The notes under the pieces are model-generated. The model searched no databases. It worked only from the letters and a program-made list of their open reading frames with translations, and was not told the origin of the DNA. A stretch of 64,000 nt of DNA from Myxococcota bacterium (GTDB taxonomy: Bacteria; Myxococcota_A; Polyangia; Nannocystales; Nannocystaceae), in contig JBCCWC010000001.1 of NCBI GenBank assembly GCA_039194325.1, positions 192,001-256,000 on the forward strand, given 5' to 3'. Of this stretch, positions 1-9,418 are shown one piece after another; positions within the stretch are counted from its first letter, which is position 1, and each line of letters starts with the position of its first letter. The translations under genes and the position numbers were made by a program.

Positions 1-1
1 G

Positions 2-1141
2 CACGACGCGATCGAGAAGCGGCGAGTCGTGCGGACCGACGATGCCATGCACGACCAGCGCTTCCGCGACGCGGCGTCGATCATCGCGCCGGGCGTGCGC
101 TCGGTCTTGTGCGCCCCGCTGGCCACCCCCAAGCGTGTCTACGGCGCCCTCTATATCGACACGATTGCGCGCGTGCGGGCCTTTACCGATCTGCACCGGC
201 GCTTGCTCGAGGTGTTCGCCAACCAGGCCGCAGTCGCCATGGAGAACGCGGTCGCTTTTCGCGAGATCGCCGAGCTCAACGCCGACCTCGAGCACAGGGT
301 GGAGCAACGCACCGCCGATCTTGTCCGCGCCAACGAGCGGCTGCAAGACACGCTCACGACCCTCGAGCAGACCGAGCTCCAGCTGCTCTCGGCCCGCAAG
401 GAAGCGCTCGAGGCTGAGATGCGCACGGCCGCCTCCTTGCAGCAAGCGATCATCCCCGGGCGCGAGATCATCCGGGAAGCCGGGGTCGCCTTCGTGGGCA
501 TCACCGAACCCGCGTCGATGGTCGGCGGAGACTTTTGGACCTACCGTCGCTTCGGCAGCGATCGGGTGCTGCTATTGATCGCGGACGTCTCGGGCCACGG
601 GGTGGGCCCCGGAATGCTCACGAGCTTCGTGGGAGGGTGCTTGACGACCCGGTCGCAGCTCGGATCCGACATCGGCCCCAGCGAGCTGCTCGAACACCTC
701 TCGGCATCGATCCACGAGGCGGCCGACGGTCAGCTGTGGATGACTGCACTGGCGTGCTTGTACGATCGCGCGACCCGGACCCTCCGCGCCGCGAGCGGGG
801 GGCACGTGCGGGGGTTCTTGCTGCCCGCCAACGAAGACTCGCCCCAGGCGGTCGGCCAGGTCGGCACCGTGCTCGGGCTCGACGAGCCGCCGAGCTTCCA
901 GACGGTCACGTTCGAGGTGAGCGCGGGGTCCCGCCTGCTGCTCTACACCGACGGCGTGGTGGAGTGCGAGAACGATCGAGGTCGGCCCTACGGCGCCCGG
1001 CGGCTGGTCAAGAGCCTGGTTCAACGTCGCGGTGAGCCGCTCGATGACACGGTCCGCGGGATCATCTCGGACTGCAAAGCATACTGCGGCGACATCGCAC
1101 AGGAGGACGATCTCTCGGTCGTCCTCACCGAGTTCGAGTAG
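2..1141 (+). CDS. GAF + coiled coil + PP2C/SpoIIE (RsbU-like) phosphatase; 5' end lies outside the window
   Basis: GAF motif RSVLCAPL..GALYID..LLEVFANQAAVAMENA; SpoIIE motifs VGGDFW, IADVSGHG, LLLYTDGVVE, QEDDLS; frame is open to the window edge. Confidence 0.9.
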   Translation, partial: HDAIEKRRVVRTDDAMHDQRFRDAASIIAPGVRSVLCAPLATPKRVYGALYIDTIARVRAFTDLHRRLLEVFANQAAVAMENAVAFREIAELNADLEHRVEQRTADLVRANERLQDTLTTLEQTELQLLSARKEALEAEMRTAASLQQAIIPGREIIREAGVAFVGITEPASMVGGDFWTYRRFGSDRVLLLIADVSGHGVGPGMLTSFVGGCLTTRSQLGSDIGPSELLEHLSASIHEAADGQLWMTALACLYDRATRTLRAASGGHVRGFLLPANEDSPQAVGQVGTVLGLDEPPSFQTVTFEVSAGSRLLLYTDGVVECENDRGRPYGARRLVKSLVQRRGEPLDDTVRGIISDCKAYCGDIAQEDDLSVVLTEFE

Positions 1142-1162
1142 ACCGAGGACGCAGGAGCACAC

Positions 1163-1663
1163 ATGAACTCGGGACCCCACCGCCTGACCAAGGCCATGAC
1201 CTGGACGCTCGAAGAACGCGTCGAGGCGACGTGGGTGCGACTGAGCGGGGCGGTAACCGGACAGGCGGACTTCGAGACGCTCTTGGCCCAGCTCGGTCCG
1301 GGGCCGGTGATCGTCGATCTGTCCGGCGTGACGCGCCTCAACTCCATCGGGATCCGCCATTGGGTGGACTTCGCGACTCGGCTGTGTAGGGGGCGTCGCG
1401 TCGAGCTGCGGGATTGCTCACCGGCGTTCGTGGAGCAACTCATGCTCATCGAGCACATGCAGGGGAACACCGAGATCCGTTCGATCCAACTGCCTTTTTC
1501 GTGCGAGGCCTGCGATCACGGGTACGACCAGACTCTGGCCATCACCGAGCTGACCGAGCTCCCCTCCACGACCCCATGTCCCCGATGTGCGACCCCTAGC
1601 GAGCTCGACGACTTGCCCGAACGCTACGTCCCACTTTTGCACCGTCTATCGAAGGAGCGTTGA
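1163..1663 (+). CDS. STAS (anti-anti-sigma-like) protein with C-terminal Zn ribbon
   Basis: VDLSGVTRLNSIG STAS phospho-Ser motif; CEAC...CPRC; directly downstream of the phosphatase. Confidence 0.8.
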   Translation: MNSGPHRLTKAMTWTLEERVEATWVRLSGAVTGQADFETLLAQLGPGPVIVDLSGVTRLNSIGIRHWVDFATRLCRGRRVELRDCSPAFVEQLMLIEHMQGNTEIRSIQLPFSCEACDHGYDQTLAITELTELPSTTPCPRCATPSELDDLPERYVPLLHRLSKER

Positions 1664-1768
1664 GGCGAGGCGTCGTCCCGACAACGCCCATCGTCGAGCC
1701 GCGAGACTGCCCTCGCTCCTACACCGCCCGCGGTAGAATCCCACCGGGTGAGCTGCTAGGGTCGCGGG

Positions 1769-2650
1769 GTGATCCTCGTTGTTGGAGCTACAGGGTTGGT
1801 GGGAAGCGAGGTCTGCTCGATTCTCTCCGGAGGCGGACACCAGGTGCGTGCGCTGACGCGCTCCACGTCGGATCCCGGCAAGAAGGAGCGCCTGACCCAG
1901 CTGGGGGCCACCTGTGTGGAGGGTGATCTCAAAGATCCCGACTCACTCACCCGGGCCTGCGAAGGCGTCGAGGCCGTCGTGACGACCGCCTCGGCTACGC
2001 TCGACCGCCAAGACGGCGACTCGCTGCAAACCGTAGATCATGAGGGGCAGCTCGCTCTGGTGGGCGCGGCCATCGGAACCGGCGTTAAGAAGTTCGTCCA
2101 CGTGTCGGTGCCGCTATTCGAAGGCCTCGACATCCCGCTTGGCACGGCCAAGCGCGCGGTCGAAGATCGCCTGTACGAAAGCTCGCTGGACTACACCGTC
2201 CTTCGCCCCAACTACTTCATGGAGGTTTGGCTGGGCGCGGCCCTGGGCTTCGACCACAGCAACGCCAAGGTCACGATCTACGGCGAGGGCAACAACCCGC
2301 TGAGCTGGGTCTCGTTTCGGGATGTCGCCGCCGTCGCGGCCAAGGCCGTCTCCCACGAGTACTGCCGCAAGGGCACCTTCGACCTGGGTGGTGATCCGAT
2401 CTCGCCCAACGACGTGATCGCCACCTTCGAGCGGGTGAGCGGCCGCACCTTCGAGGTCACCCGCATGCCGCACGCCGATCTGAAGGCGCAGTTCGAACAG
2501 GCCGAAGATCCCCTCCAAAAGACCTTCTGCGGCCTGATGTACGCCTATTCCCAAGGGGTCCCGATGGACAGCGCGGGGCTGCTCGAAGCGCTCGGCCACA
2601 CGCTGACCACCGTCGAGGACTACGCCCGGGCCGCCAGCACGGCCTCGTGA
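1769..2650 (+). CDS. NmrA-like / atypical SDR NAD(P)-binding protein
   Basis: ILVVGATGLVG Rossmann motif, LDYTVLRPNYFME. Confidence 0.9.
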   Translation: MILVVGATGLVGSEVCSILSGGGHQVRALTRSTSDPGKKERLTQLGATCVEGDLKDPDSLTRACEGVEAVVTTASATLDRQDGDSLQTVDHEGQLALVGAAIGTGVKKFVHVSVPLFEGLDIPLGTAKRAVEDRLYESSLDYTVLRPNYFMEVWLGAALGFDHSNAKVTIYGEGNNPLSWVSFRDVAAVAAKAVSHEYCRKGTFDLGGDPISPNDVIATFERVSGRTFEVTRMPHADLKAQFEQAEDPLQKTFCGLMYAYSQGVPMDSAGLLEALGHTLTTVEDYARAASTAS

Positions 2651-3588
2651 AGCTGGTGAATGGCGTGCTTTTGGGCGATCGCTCCGAGCTCGAGACCCGG
2701 GGGATCGTGTTTCCCCTCCGGCTGCTGCCCGCGACAGAAGGCAGGGGCGACTATCTGGCCGAGTACGAGGAGTTTCAGGCCCAAGCGCGGCAGCGGCGGG
2801 GTCGCGAGATCTTCGTCAAGGCCCACCTGGTCTCGCGGTTCTTCGACGATCTCGTACACCACGAAGGGCTGCTCGACTTCGTGGAGGCCGTACTCGGCCC
2901 AGACATCGTGCTGTGGGAATCGGACTTCTTCGAAAAAGCGCCGCACACCGAAAAGTACGTGGGCTGGCATCAAGACACGCCCTACTACAACCTGTCGACC
3001 GAGCGCGTGCTGAGCGTCAACCTGGCCCTCACGTCGTCGGATCGCAACAACGGGTGCCTGAAGGTCGTGGCGGGGACGCACGGGCGGGGGACGATCGGCT
3101 CGATCCCCGGCGCTAGAGACGACATTCTGGGTCAACTCGCCCAGACCGACGAGCGCGACACGCCGCCGGACAACATGCTCCGGCTCGGCCAAGCATTGGA
3201 CTTCGAGATCACTCCTTCCATGGAAGAGCTCGTCGAGCTGCGCCCCGGTGAGGCTTCGGTCCACTTTTCTGGGCTACTCCATGCGTCGGGGCCCAATCGT
3301 TCCGATCGCAAGCGCGTGTGCTACGTGATGCGCTTCATCTCGGGGGATACCTACTGCAAGAGCGGGAAGGACTCGGCCATGCTCGTGCGGGGGCGAGTGC
3401 ACCACGATCGCTTCGAGCTCGAGCCTCGACCGAAGGCGAGCTTCGACGACGAAGCCCTGGCCGCCCTGGAGCGAGCGGTGAGCTTTCCCAGCGGGTTTGC
3501 AGACGCCGGGATCAAACGGCGCTTGGAGACGGCGGCCGCGGAGACCGCCACGACCGCGACCGCGACCGCGAGCACGACCGAGCGCTGA
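2647..3588 (+). CDS. PhyH-family Fe(II)/2-oxoglutarate dioxygenase
   Basis: WHQD...NGCL...LLHASGPN..R facial-triad pattern; GTGA overlap with the upstream gene. Confidence 0.85.
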   Translation: MKLVNGVLLGDRSELETRGIVFPLRLLPATEGRGDYLAEYEEFQAQARQRRGREIFVKAHLVSRFFDDLVHHEGLLDFVEAVLGPDIVLWESDFFEKAPHTEKYVGWHQDTPYYNLSTERVLSVNLALTSSDRNNGCLKVVAGTHGRGTIGSIPGARDDILGQLAQTDERDTPPDNMLRLGQALDFEITPSMEELVELRPGEASVHFSGLLHASGPNRSDRKRVCYVMRFISGDTYCKSGKDSAMLVRGRVHHDRFELEPRPKASFDDEALAALERAVSFPSGFADAGIKRRLETAAAETATTATATASTTER

Positions 3589-3606
3589 CTCGACGAGCGG
3601 ACAGTC

Positions 3607-4890
3607 TCACGAGCGCCCGGCCTCGACCGTTCGTTCCAGCAAGATCGCGGCCATCGTTGCCCCATCGGTCTTCGCATCGAGCGCCGCGATCTCCCTCGCC
3701 CGCGCCCGCGTGGGCTCTGAGAGCAGGCGACGAACCCGGGGCTCGACCGTCTCGGCGGTGATCGAGCCCGGCTCGACCATCATCTCGGCGACCCCGAGCT
3801 GCTCCATCCGCTGGCCGTTGTCGTTTTGATCGAAGCCCTCGGGAACGATGAGCTGGGGGAGCCCCGAACGGAGCGCCTGCGTGGTCGTGCCCCAGCCGCC
3901 GTGGCTGACCATCAGGTCGACGTGCTGCATGCTGTCCCACAAGGGCGCGAAGCGAATGAGGGTCACGGGACCCTCACGCTGGATCGGATCGCTCAGCGAA
4001 GGATCGCAGATGAACAGCCGCAGCCCGAGCGAAGGAGCAAGCGCGCGCAACACGTCGACCACCCGCTGCTGGGCCTCGTTGAGCCCGCCGGTGCCGAACG
4101 ACACGAGGGCCTTGGGGTGATCCGTAGCGAGCTCGGCCTCCGGCAACGGCGTGGCTCCGAGCACCTCGACATCGAGCGCTCGGCGGGTCGGCTGCGACAG
4201 GTGAGGGAAACCGCCGGCTGCGATCCCTTCAGTGAGCACGATGCCGAGCTCGTCGAGCACGTCGCCGCTGAGCTGCGCCAAATTCAGCCAGGGCGAGAGC
4301 AGCTGGCCGGCGACGTATCGCGGGAAAGGGAGATCATAGCGGCCATAGAGCGCCGCAAAGCCGGGCCGGAGCGTCTCCCACATCGCGTCGCTCCATAGAG
4401 AGATCTCGGCGGTTCGGAACGCGCGCAGGCCCTGCATCTTGCACACGAAGGGGATCTTCTCGAGTGTGCAGGCGATCTGCAGCTGGGCGAGAAAGGGATC
4501 TTGGAGCACGCCGTCGATCGCATGCTCCCGTAGGAGCGACCGGACTTCATCGACCTGGTGGGGGACGACGGTGATGAGATCGCGTCGGATCGCGGCCGTG
4601 CGAACGTCGGAGTCCGGGGCGGGCTCGTCGTCGACCGGTGGGCGCACCGTGTGCAGCGCCGTTGCCCCGAAGCGCTCGGCGATCCGATCTGCGGCGATCC
4701 GGCGCTTGTTGTAGCCGTCGTCCTGCTGCCAGGGTAGCGAGAGCCAAAAGACCTCGTGACCCCGACGGCACAGCGCCTCAATCACGCCCACGAATGGCAG
4801 GGCGTGGCCAAACAGCGGCAGCGTCGAGAGCAAGAAGCGCCGTCGGGTTGGCGGTGGGGGATCCGAGGGCATGGTGGGACTCACGACCAA
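3607..4890 (-). CDS. GT1-family (MGT/UGT-like) glycosyltransferase
   Basis: PLFGHALP N-terminal motif; VSHGGWGT...GLPQLIVP...FDQ C-terminal motif. Confidence 0.88.
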   Translation of the reverse strand: MVVSPTMPSDPPPPTRRRFLLSTLPLFGHALPFVGVIEALCRRGHEVFWLSLPWQQDDGYNKRRIAADRIAERFGATALHTVRPPVDDEPAPDSDVRTAAIRRDLITVVPHQVDEVRSLLREHAIDGVLQDPFLAQLQIACTLEKIPFVCKMQGLRAFRTAEISLWSDAMWETLRPGFAALYGRYDLPFPRYVAGQLLSPWLNLAQLSGDVLDELGIVLTEGIAAGGFPHLSQPTRRALDVEVLGATPLPEAELATDHPKALVSFGTGGLNEAQQRVVDVLRALAPSLGLRLFICDPSLSDPIQREGPVTLIRFAPLWDSMQHVDLMVSHGGWGTTTQALRSGLPQLIVPEGFDQNDNGQRMEQLGVAEMMVEPGSITAETVEPRVRRLLSEPTRARAREIAALDAKTDGATMAAILLERTVEAGRS

Positions 4891-5046
4891 GGGACGGTAC
4901 CACGATGCCCGGTAACCGGAAGATGAACTCGAAGCCCGGCGCCGGTCCTCACAAGATCGTGCTCTGCGAGTCTCGCCTAAGTCTCAGCCTAGATTGGGCG
5001 ATCTACACAAACAAGAGCATGACCCCCATGACTAATTCTCGTCCCA

Positions 5047-6828
5047 TCACCTCAACCGGCTCACATACACATAGTACGCCCCCAGATCACTCCCCTCCGC
5101 ATCCAGCAGACACGTCCGCAGGTGCGTCGCCCCCACCGGCAGCTCCAGCTCGAAGCGCGCGTGCGGATCCCCGTCGCGCACCGTGACCTCCTCCCGTTGC
5201 CCGGCAATCTCGATCCACGCCCGCTCGATCGGAATCGCCCGCCCTCCCGTGGTCCAGTCGATCTCCCCGGGGATCCCCTCTGTCAACCCCCGGTCTTCCT
5301 CCAGCGGCCAGCGTCGCAGCTCGAACGCATACCGCCCCGCCACCACCACCTCGACCTCCCAGTACCCGTTGCACACCAGCCCTTGCCGCACCTGCCGCTG
5401 GTTCCACGCGCACGCGGAGTCCTCGTTGCGCCAGTCGTGCGTCGTCAGCAGGGTCACCTGCTCGGGCCCGGCCACCAGCGGGATCGGGATCTCCTCGTCG
5501 AACTGCGTCGAGACCTGCTCCCACCAGGCCTCGTAGTCCCGCCGCAGCGCCTCCACCACCTCGGGGTGTGCCCCGGCCACGTCGACCCGCTGCTCGGGAT
5601 CCGCCGGGATATCGAACAGCTCACGCCCGTCGATCAGCCGCCACCGCTGCGTCATCGTGGAGCTCTGGCGCCACTTCACGGGACGGGCCAGCCGCTGCGA
5701 GTCGGTCACCACGGTCCGCTCGGGCCAGGGCTCGCCCCCACCATGCAAACCACCACGCAGCAGCGGCGCCAGGCTCACTCCGTCGAACGCCAGCCCCTCA
5801 GGGCACTCGAGCCCGCACAGCTCGACCATCGTGGGCAGGAAATCGACGTTGGCCGCCAGCTCGCCCACCCGACGCCCTTCACCGGCACCTCCGCCGATCC
5901 CTCCGCCCGGCCACCGCACGAAGAAGGGCACTCGATGCCCTCCTTCATAGGGTGAGCCCTTCTTGCCGCGCATCCCCGCGTTGAACCCATCGATCACGAA
6001 CCCATCACCCCCGATCTCACACCCCTGCGCGGTCCCGTTGTCGCTCATGAACACCAGGATCGTCTGCTCCTCGAGCCCCAGCCGCGCCAGGTGCTGCCGC
6101 AGCAACGCGAAGTTCTCGTCGATGTTGGTGATCATCCCGTAGAACTTCGCGCGCTCCGAGGGCACGAGGCCGTGATACGGCGCCGCATATCGCTCGTCCA
6201 CGAAGAACGGCCAGTGCGGCGCGTTGGTCGGGATATAACAAAAGAACGGGCGCTCGCGGTTCTCCTCGATGAAGCGCATCGCCTCGCCAAACCACACATC
6301 GGTGCAGTACCCCTCGAACTTCTTCGTACAACCATTGACGAAGTACGTATCGTCGAAATAGTCGTTCCCCCAGTAGTCCGGCGTCTGCGTGATCCCCCCG
6401 CCTCCGTGCACAATCGCCTCGCCAAACCCCCGATCATGCGGTCGATAGGGGTAGTTGTCGCCCAGGTGCCACTTGCCGAAGATCCCCGTGCGGTACCCAT
6501 TGGCCGCGAACAGATCCGCGATGCTCACCTCGCCCTTGCGCAGCAAGGATCGCCCTCCGCAAGTGTGCCACACGCCGGTGCTGTTGCAATAGTGCCCAGT
6601 GAGCAGCCCCGCTCGCGTGGGCGCACACGTGGGACCCACATGGAAGTTGTCGAGCCGCACGCTCTGGTCGAAGAAGCGGTCGATGTGCGGAGTCTGGACC
6701 ACCGGGTTTCCGTGGCAGCCCAGATCGCCATACCCCTGGTCGTCGGTCAGCACGAACACCAAATTCGGCGAGCTGGATGGATTCGGCGAGTTGGGTGGGC
6801 CAGGTGGTCGGACATCAGCTTCAGCCAC
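5047..6828 (-). CDS. Arylsulfatase (Cys-type, formylglycine-dependent)
   Basis: PNLVFVLTDDQG, CAPTRAGLLTG (CxPxR), GKWHLG, SDNG. Confidence 0.95.
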   Translation of the reverse strand: MAEADVRPPGPPNSPNPSSSPNLVFVLTDDQGYGDLGCHGNPVVQTPHIDRFFDQSVRLDNFHVGPTCAPTRAGLLTGHYCNSTGVWHTCGGRSLLRKGEVSIADLFAANGYRTGIFGKWHLGDNYPYRPHDRGFGEAIVHGGGGITQTPDYWGNDYFDDTYFVNGCTKKFEGYCTDVWFGEAMRFIEENRERPFFCYIPTNAPHWPFFVDERYAAPYHGLVPSERAKFYGMITNIDENFALLRQHLARLGLEEQTILVFMSDNGTAQGCEIGGDGFVIDGFNAGMRGKKGSPYEGGHRVPFFVRWPGGGIGGGAGEGRRVGELAANVDFLPTMVELCGLECPEGLAFDGVSLAPLLRGGLHGGGEPWPERTVVTDSQRLARPVKWRQSSTMTQRWRLIDGRELFDIPADPEQRVDVAGAHPEVVEALRRDYEAWWEQVSTQFDEEIPIPLVAGPEQVTLLTTHDWRNEDSACAWNQRQVRQGLVCNGYWEVEVVVAGRYAFELRRWPLEEDRGLTEGIPGEIDWTTGGRAIPIERAWIEIAGQREEVTVRDGDPHARFELELPVGATHLRTCLLDAEGSDLGAYYVYVSRLR

Positions 6829-6863
6829 GATCTCATCCCCCTCTCAGTGGCCCCAGCAGCCGC

Positions 6864-8258
6864 TCAGGAGTTCGCCCCGAGCTCCTGTGCCGCGGCCACC
6901 AGCGCGGCCTCGACCCGGGCCAGAAGATCAAGCAATTCGTCCTTGGTGATGCACAAAGGCGGCGCCATGATGATCCGATCGGCGGCAAGCATGAGCACCT
7001 CGTTGCGCTTGAGGTGCGCATCGAGGAGCCCCGCCAGCCGCGGCACCTGGGCTCGGGCAAAGTATGCCCCATCGGGCTGGACCAGCTGGATCGACCACAA
7101 CAGCCCCATCCCTTGCACGTTGCCGACCAGCGCAAGTCGCTGGCGCAGCCCCTCGAGCTCATCGCCCAAAAGCTCCCCCAACCGCCGTGCATTGTCGACC
7201 AGCCCCTCTTGCTCGAGAATCTCGAGATTCGCGAGCGCGACCCGGCTGGCCACCGGCTGCCCTGCGAAGCTCGAGATCACCCCTAGCTGCTCCCCCATAC
7301 CTTCGAATGCGGCGAACACCCGGTCGGACGCAATCGTCGCCCCCGCCGCCACGTGCCCCGAGGTCAGCCCCTTGGCGACCGCGATGAGATCCGGCGTCAC
7401 CCCCAGCTGCTGCGAGGCAAACCACCGCCCTGTCCGCCCCAGCCCGGTCACCACTTCGTCGGCGACCAGCAGCACCCCGTGTCGATCGCAGATCTCCCGG
7501 ATCGTCGGCCAGTACTCCGCCGGCGGCACCTGACCTCGATACGCGGTGTCGAGCGGCTCGGCGAGCACGGCCGCGACCGTCTGGGGCCCTTCGGACTCGA
7601 TGATGGACTCGATATAGCGTGCGCAGAAGACCTCGCACTGCGGGTAGGTCCGCTCATACGAGCAGCGGTAGCAATCGAGGCCCGCCACCGGCAGCCCGCC
7701 CGCCCCCATCGGCTCTGAAGGCACGCGATCGCCCCGCAGCGACACATTGACCGCCAGCGCCCCTCCGGTCATCCCGTGATAGGAGCCATAGCGGGTCACC
7801 ACCTTGTAGCGTCGACGTTCCCCTCGATTGTAGTGAAACTGACGAGCGATCCGCAGCGCCACTTCTATCGCTGTTGATCCGCTCGGGGTAAAGAAGACCC
7901 GATTCAGCTCGCCCGGCGCCAGCGCAGCCAGACGCCGCGCGAGCTCGGCCGTCGGAGCACAGACTCCCGCAACCGGGTTGTGATAGGCGAGCGCCTCCAT
8001 CTGCTCGAGCGCCGCCTGCCGCAGCTCGGGCCGACCGTGCCCCACGTTGACCACACAAAGGCCCGCGCTCCCGTCGTAGTATCGACGCCCCTGATCGTCC
8101 CACACAAACACGCCCTCGCCACGCACCAGCTGGATCGGCCCCCGCTCCCGATCTCGGTACATCGCATACGGAAGTCGCGGGTACCACAGGTGCCGCGCCG
8201 CAACATCGAGAGCCTCGGTTTCATCCACCGTCTCATCCACCGTCCCACTCACCGTCAC
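6864..8258 (-). CDS. Class III PLP-dependent aminotransferase
   Basis: SYHGMT, LLVADEVVTGLGRTG, PDLIAVAKGLTSG. Confidence 0.95.
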   Translation of the reverse strand: MTVSGTVDETVDETEALDVAARHLWYPRLPYAMYRDRERGPIQLVRGEGVFVWDDQGRRYYDGSAGLCVVNVGHGRPELRQAALEQMEALAYHNPVAGVCAPTAELARRLAALAPGELNRVFFTPSGSTAIEVALRIARQFHYNRGERRRYKVVTRYGSYHGMTGGALAVNVSLRGDRVPSEPMGAGGLPVAGLDCYRCSYERTYPQCEVFCARYIESIIESEGPQTVAAVLAEPLDTAYRGQVPPAEYWPTIREICDRHGVLLVADEVVTGLGRTGRWFASQQLGVTPDLIAVAKGLTSGHVAAGATIASDRVFAAFEGMGEQLGVISSFAGQPVASRVALANLEILEQEGLVDNARRLGELLGDELEGLRQRLALVGNVQGMGLLWSIQLVQPDGAYFARAQVPRLAGLLDAHLKRNEVLMLAADRIIMAPPLCITKDELLDLLARVEAALVAAAQELGANS

Positions 8259-8261
8259 GAC

Positions 8262-8468
8262 TCACCCTCCGCTAGTCCTCAAACGAGGGTAGGGGCGCTC
8301 GGGCCGGGCGAGCGGGCGAGCGACGGTCTGGCCCGCGTAGCCGGAAGGGGCCTCGTTGGCGGGTGGCGGAGCCTCGTCCTTGCACCCTGCGGTCATCACC
8401 AGTGATCCGACTACCAGCCAGGCACGAACGCCAGACCTCGAACCTCCACCCCACTTTGAGCTCCCCAC
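8262..8468 (-). CDS. Short putative lipoprotein, possibly a truncated gene
   Basis: Hydrophobic stretch plus lipobox-like MTAG-C; ends 3 nt before the aminotransferase start. Confidence 0.35.
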   Translation of the reverse strand: MGSSKWGGGSRSGVRAWLVVGSLVMTAGCKDEAPPPANEAPSGYAGQTVARPLARPERPYPRLRTSGG

Positions 8469-8655
8469 GCTACTTCCGTACCGCGAGCGCCCATAGAGGC
8501 ACAAGAGCGACGGTAGCGCCCCGGCACGACCGCACCACGTCCAGTTCCGCACGGTGTCTAGATCCAGCGCTCCACTGCAACCCGGCAGCCGCGTCCTATG
8601 AACAGGCGTCATTAGCGCGCGCGGCTGCTCACGCCCAATCGCTGCTACGCTACCG

Positions 8656-8775
8656 ATGCAGTGGAGCTACCGCTCAGCCTCGGCCAGTCGTTACGCATTC
8701 ATGCGCGACGAAAAGCTTGGACGCGCGCTCCTCGACACGGAGGCCCTGTGCAGGAAACGCTCCAACGCATCGTAG
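8656..8775 (+). CDS. 39-aa ORF overlapping the nucleotidyltransferase start; possible partner/antitoxin
   Basis: ATG 8656 to TAG 8775 (MQWSYRSASASRYAFMRDEKLGRALLDTEALCRKRSNAS); too short for the ORF track. Confidence 0.3.
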   Translation: MQWSYRSASASRYAFMRDEKLGRALLDTEALCRKRSNAS

Positions 8776-9296
8776 ACGTGCTCGAGAAGCTCGGTATTCG
8801 ATGGTGCCTGATAGGAGCGCACGCTGTAGGCGAGTACACCGAACCGCGCGCCACCGAAGACGTCGACCTGCTCGTCGATGATCGGCGCATGCCCAAGCTC
8901 CTCTCCACCCTAGGCGAAGCACTCGGAGATCTCGACATCGACGACATCGGCCCCGCCATCCGGCTACGCACAGTCGCCGTAGACCTGGTGCGAGCCTCCT
9001 CCAACGAGGTATTCCGACGCTCCCTCGCGGACGCGCGAGCGGCGAACGGCTGGCGATTCCCTCGCCCCGAGGCCCTGTTGGTGATGAAGTTCATGGCCGC
9101 AATCAGCCCGTTCCGTGGCCTCGATCGCCGCCGCCAAGACATGGTCGATCTCATCACGCTATACCGAAACATCGATCCCGACGATCTCGATCGCGAGTAC
9201 GTCATCGAGCTCGCGGCCACGATCTTTGCCGGCGCCGAGACCGAGATGCTCGCACTGCTCGCCAAGATCGACGCGGACGAGCCGATCCCGATCTGA
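8748..9296 (+). CDS. Pol-beta superfamily nucleotidyltransferase (AbiEii-like)
   Basis: LIGAHAV...PRATEDVDLLV (DxD), LLVMK, R..D..D; GGAGG RBS before GTG 8748. Confidence 0.8.
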   Translation: MQETLQRIVDVLEKLGIRWCLIGAHAVGEYTEPRATEDVDLLVDDRRMPKLLSTLGEALGDLDIDDIGPAIRLRTVAVDLVRASSNEVFRRSLADARAANGWRFPRPEALLVMKFMAAISPFRGLDRRRQDMVDLITLYRNIDPDDLDREYVIELAATIFAGAETEMLALLAKIDADEPIPI

Positions 9297-9418
9297 ATTA
9301 TCGACGCCGAGACCAGCTCGGATGCGCGACGGCTGTCGCGCCCGGCCTCGGTCTTGATTATCAATGCCGAGGCTGACTCGTCAGGGGTGGCTCTTGGTCC
9401 CTCGACGACCCCCCCCGG

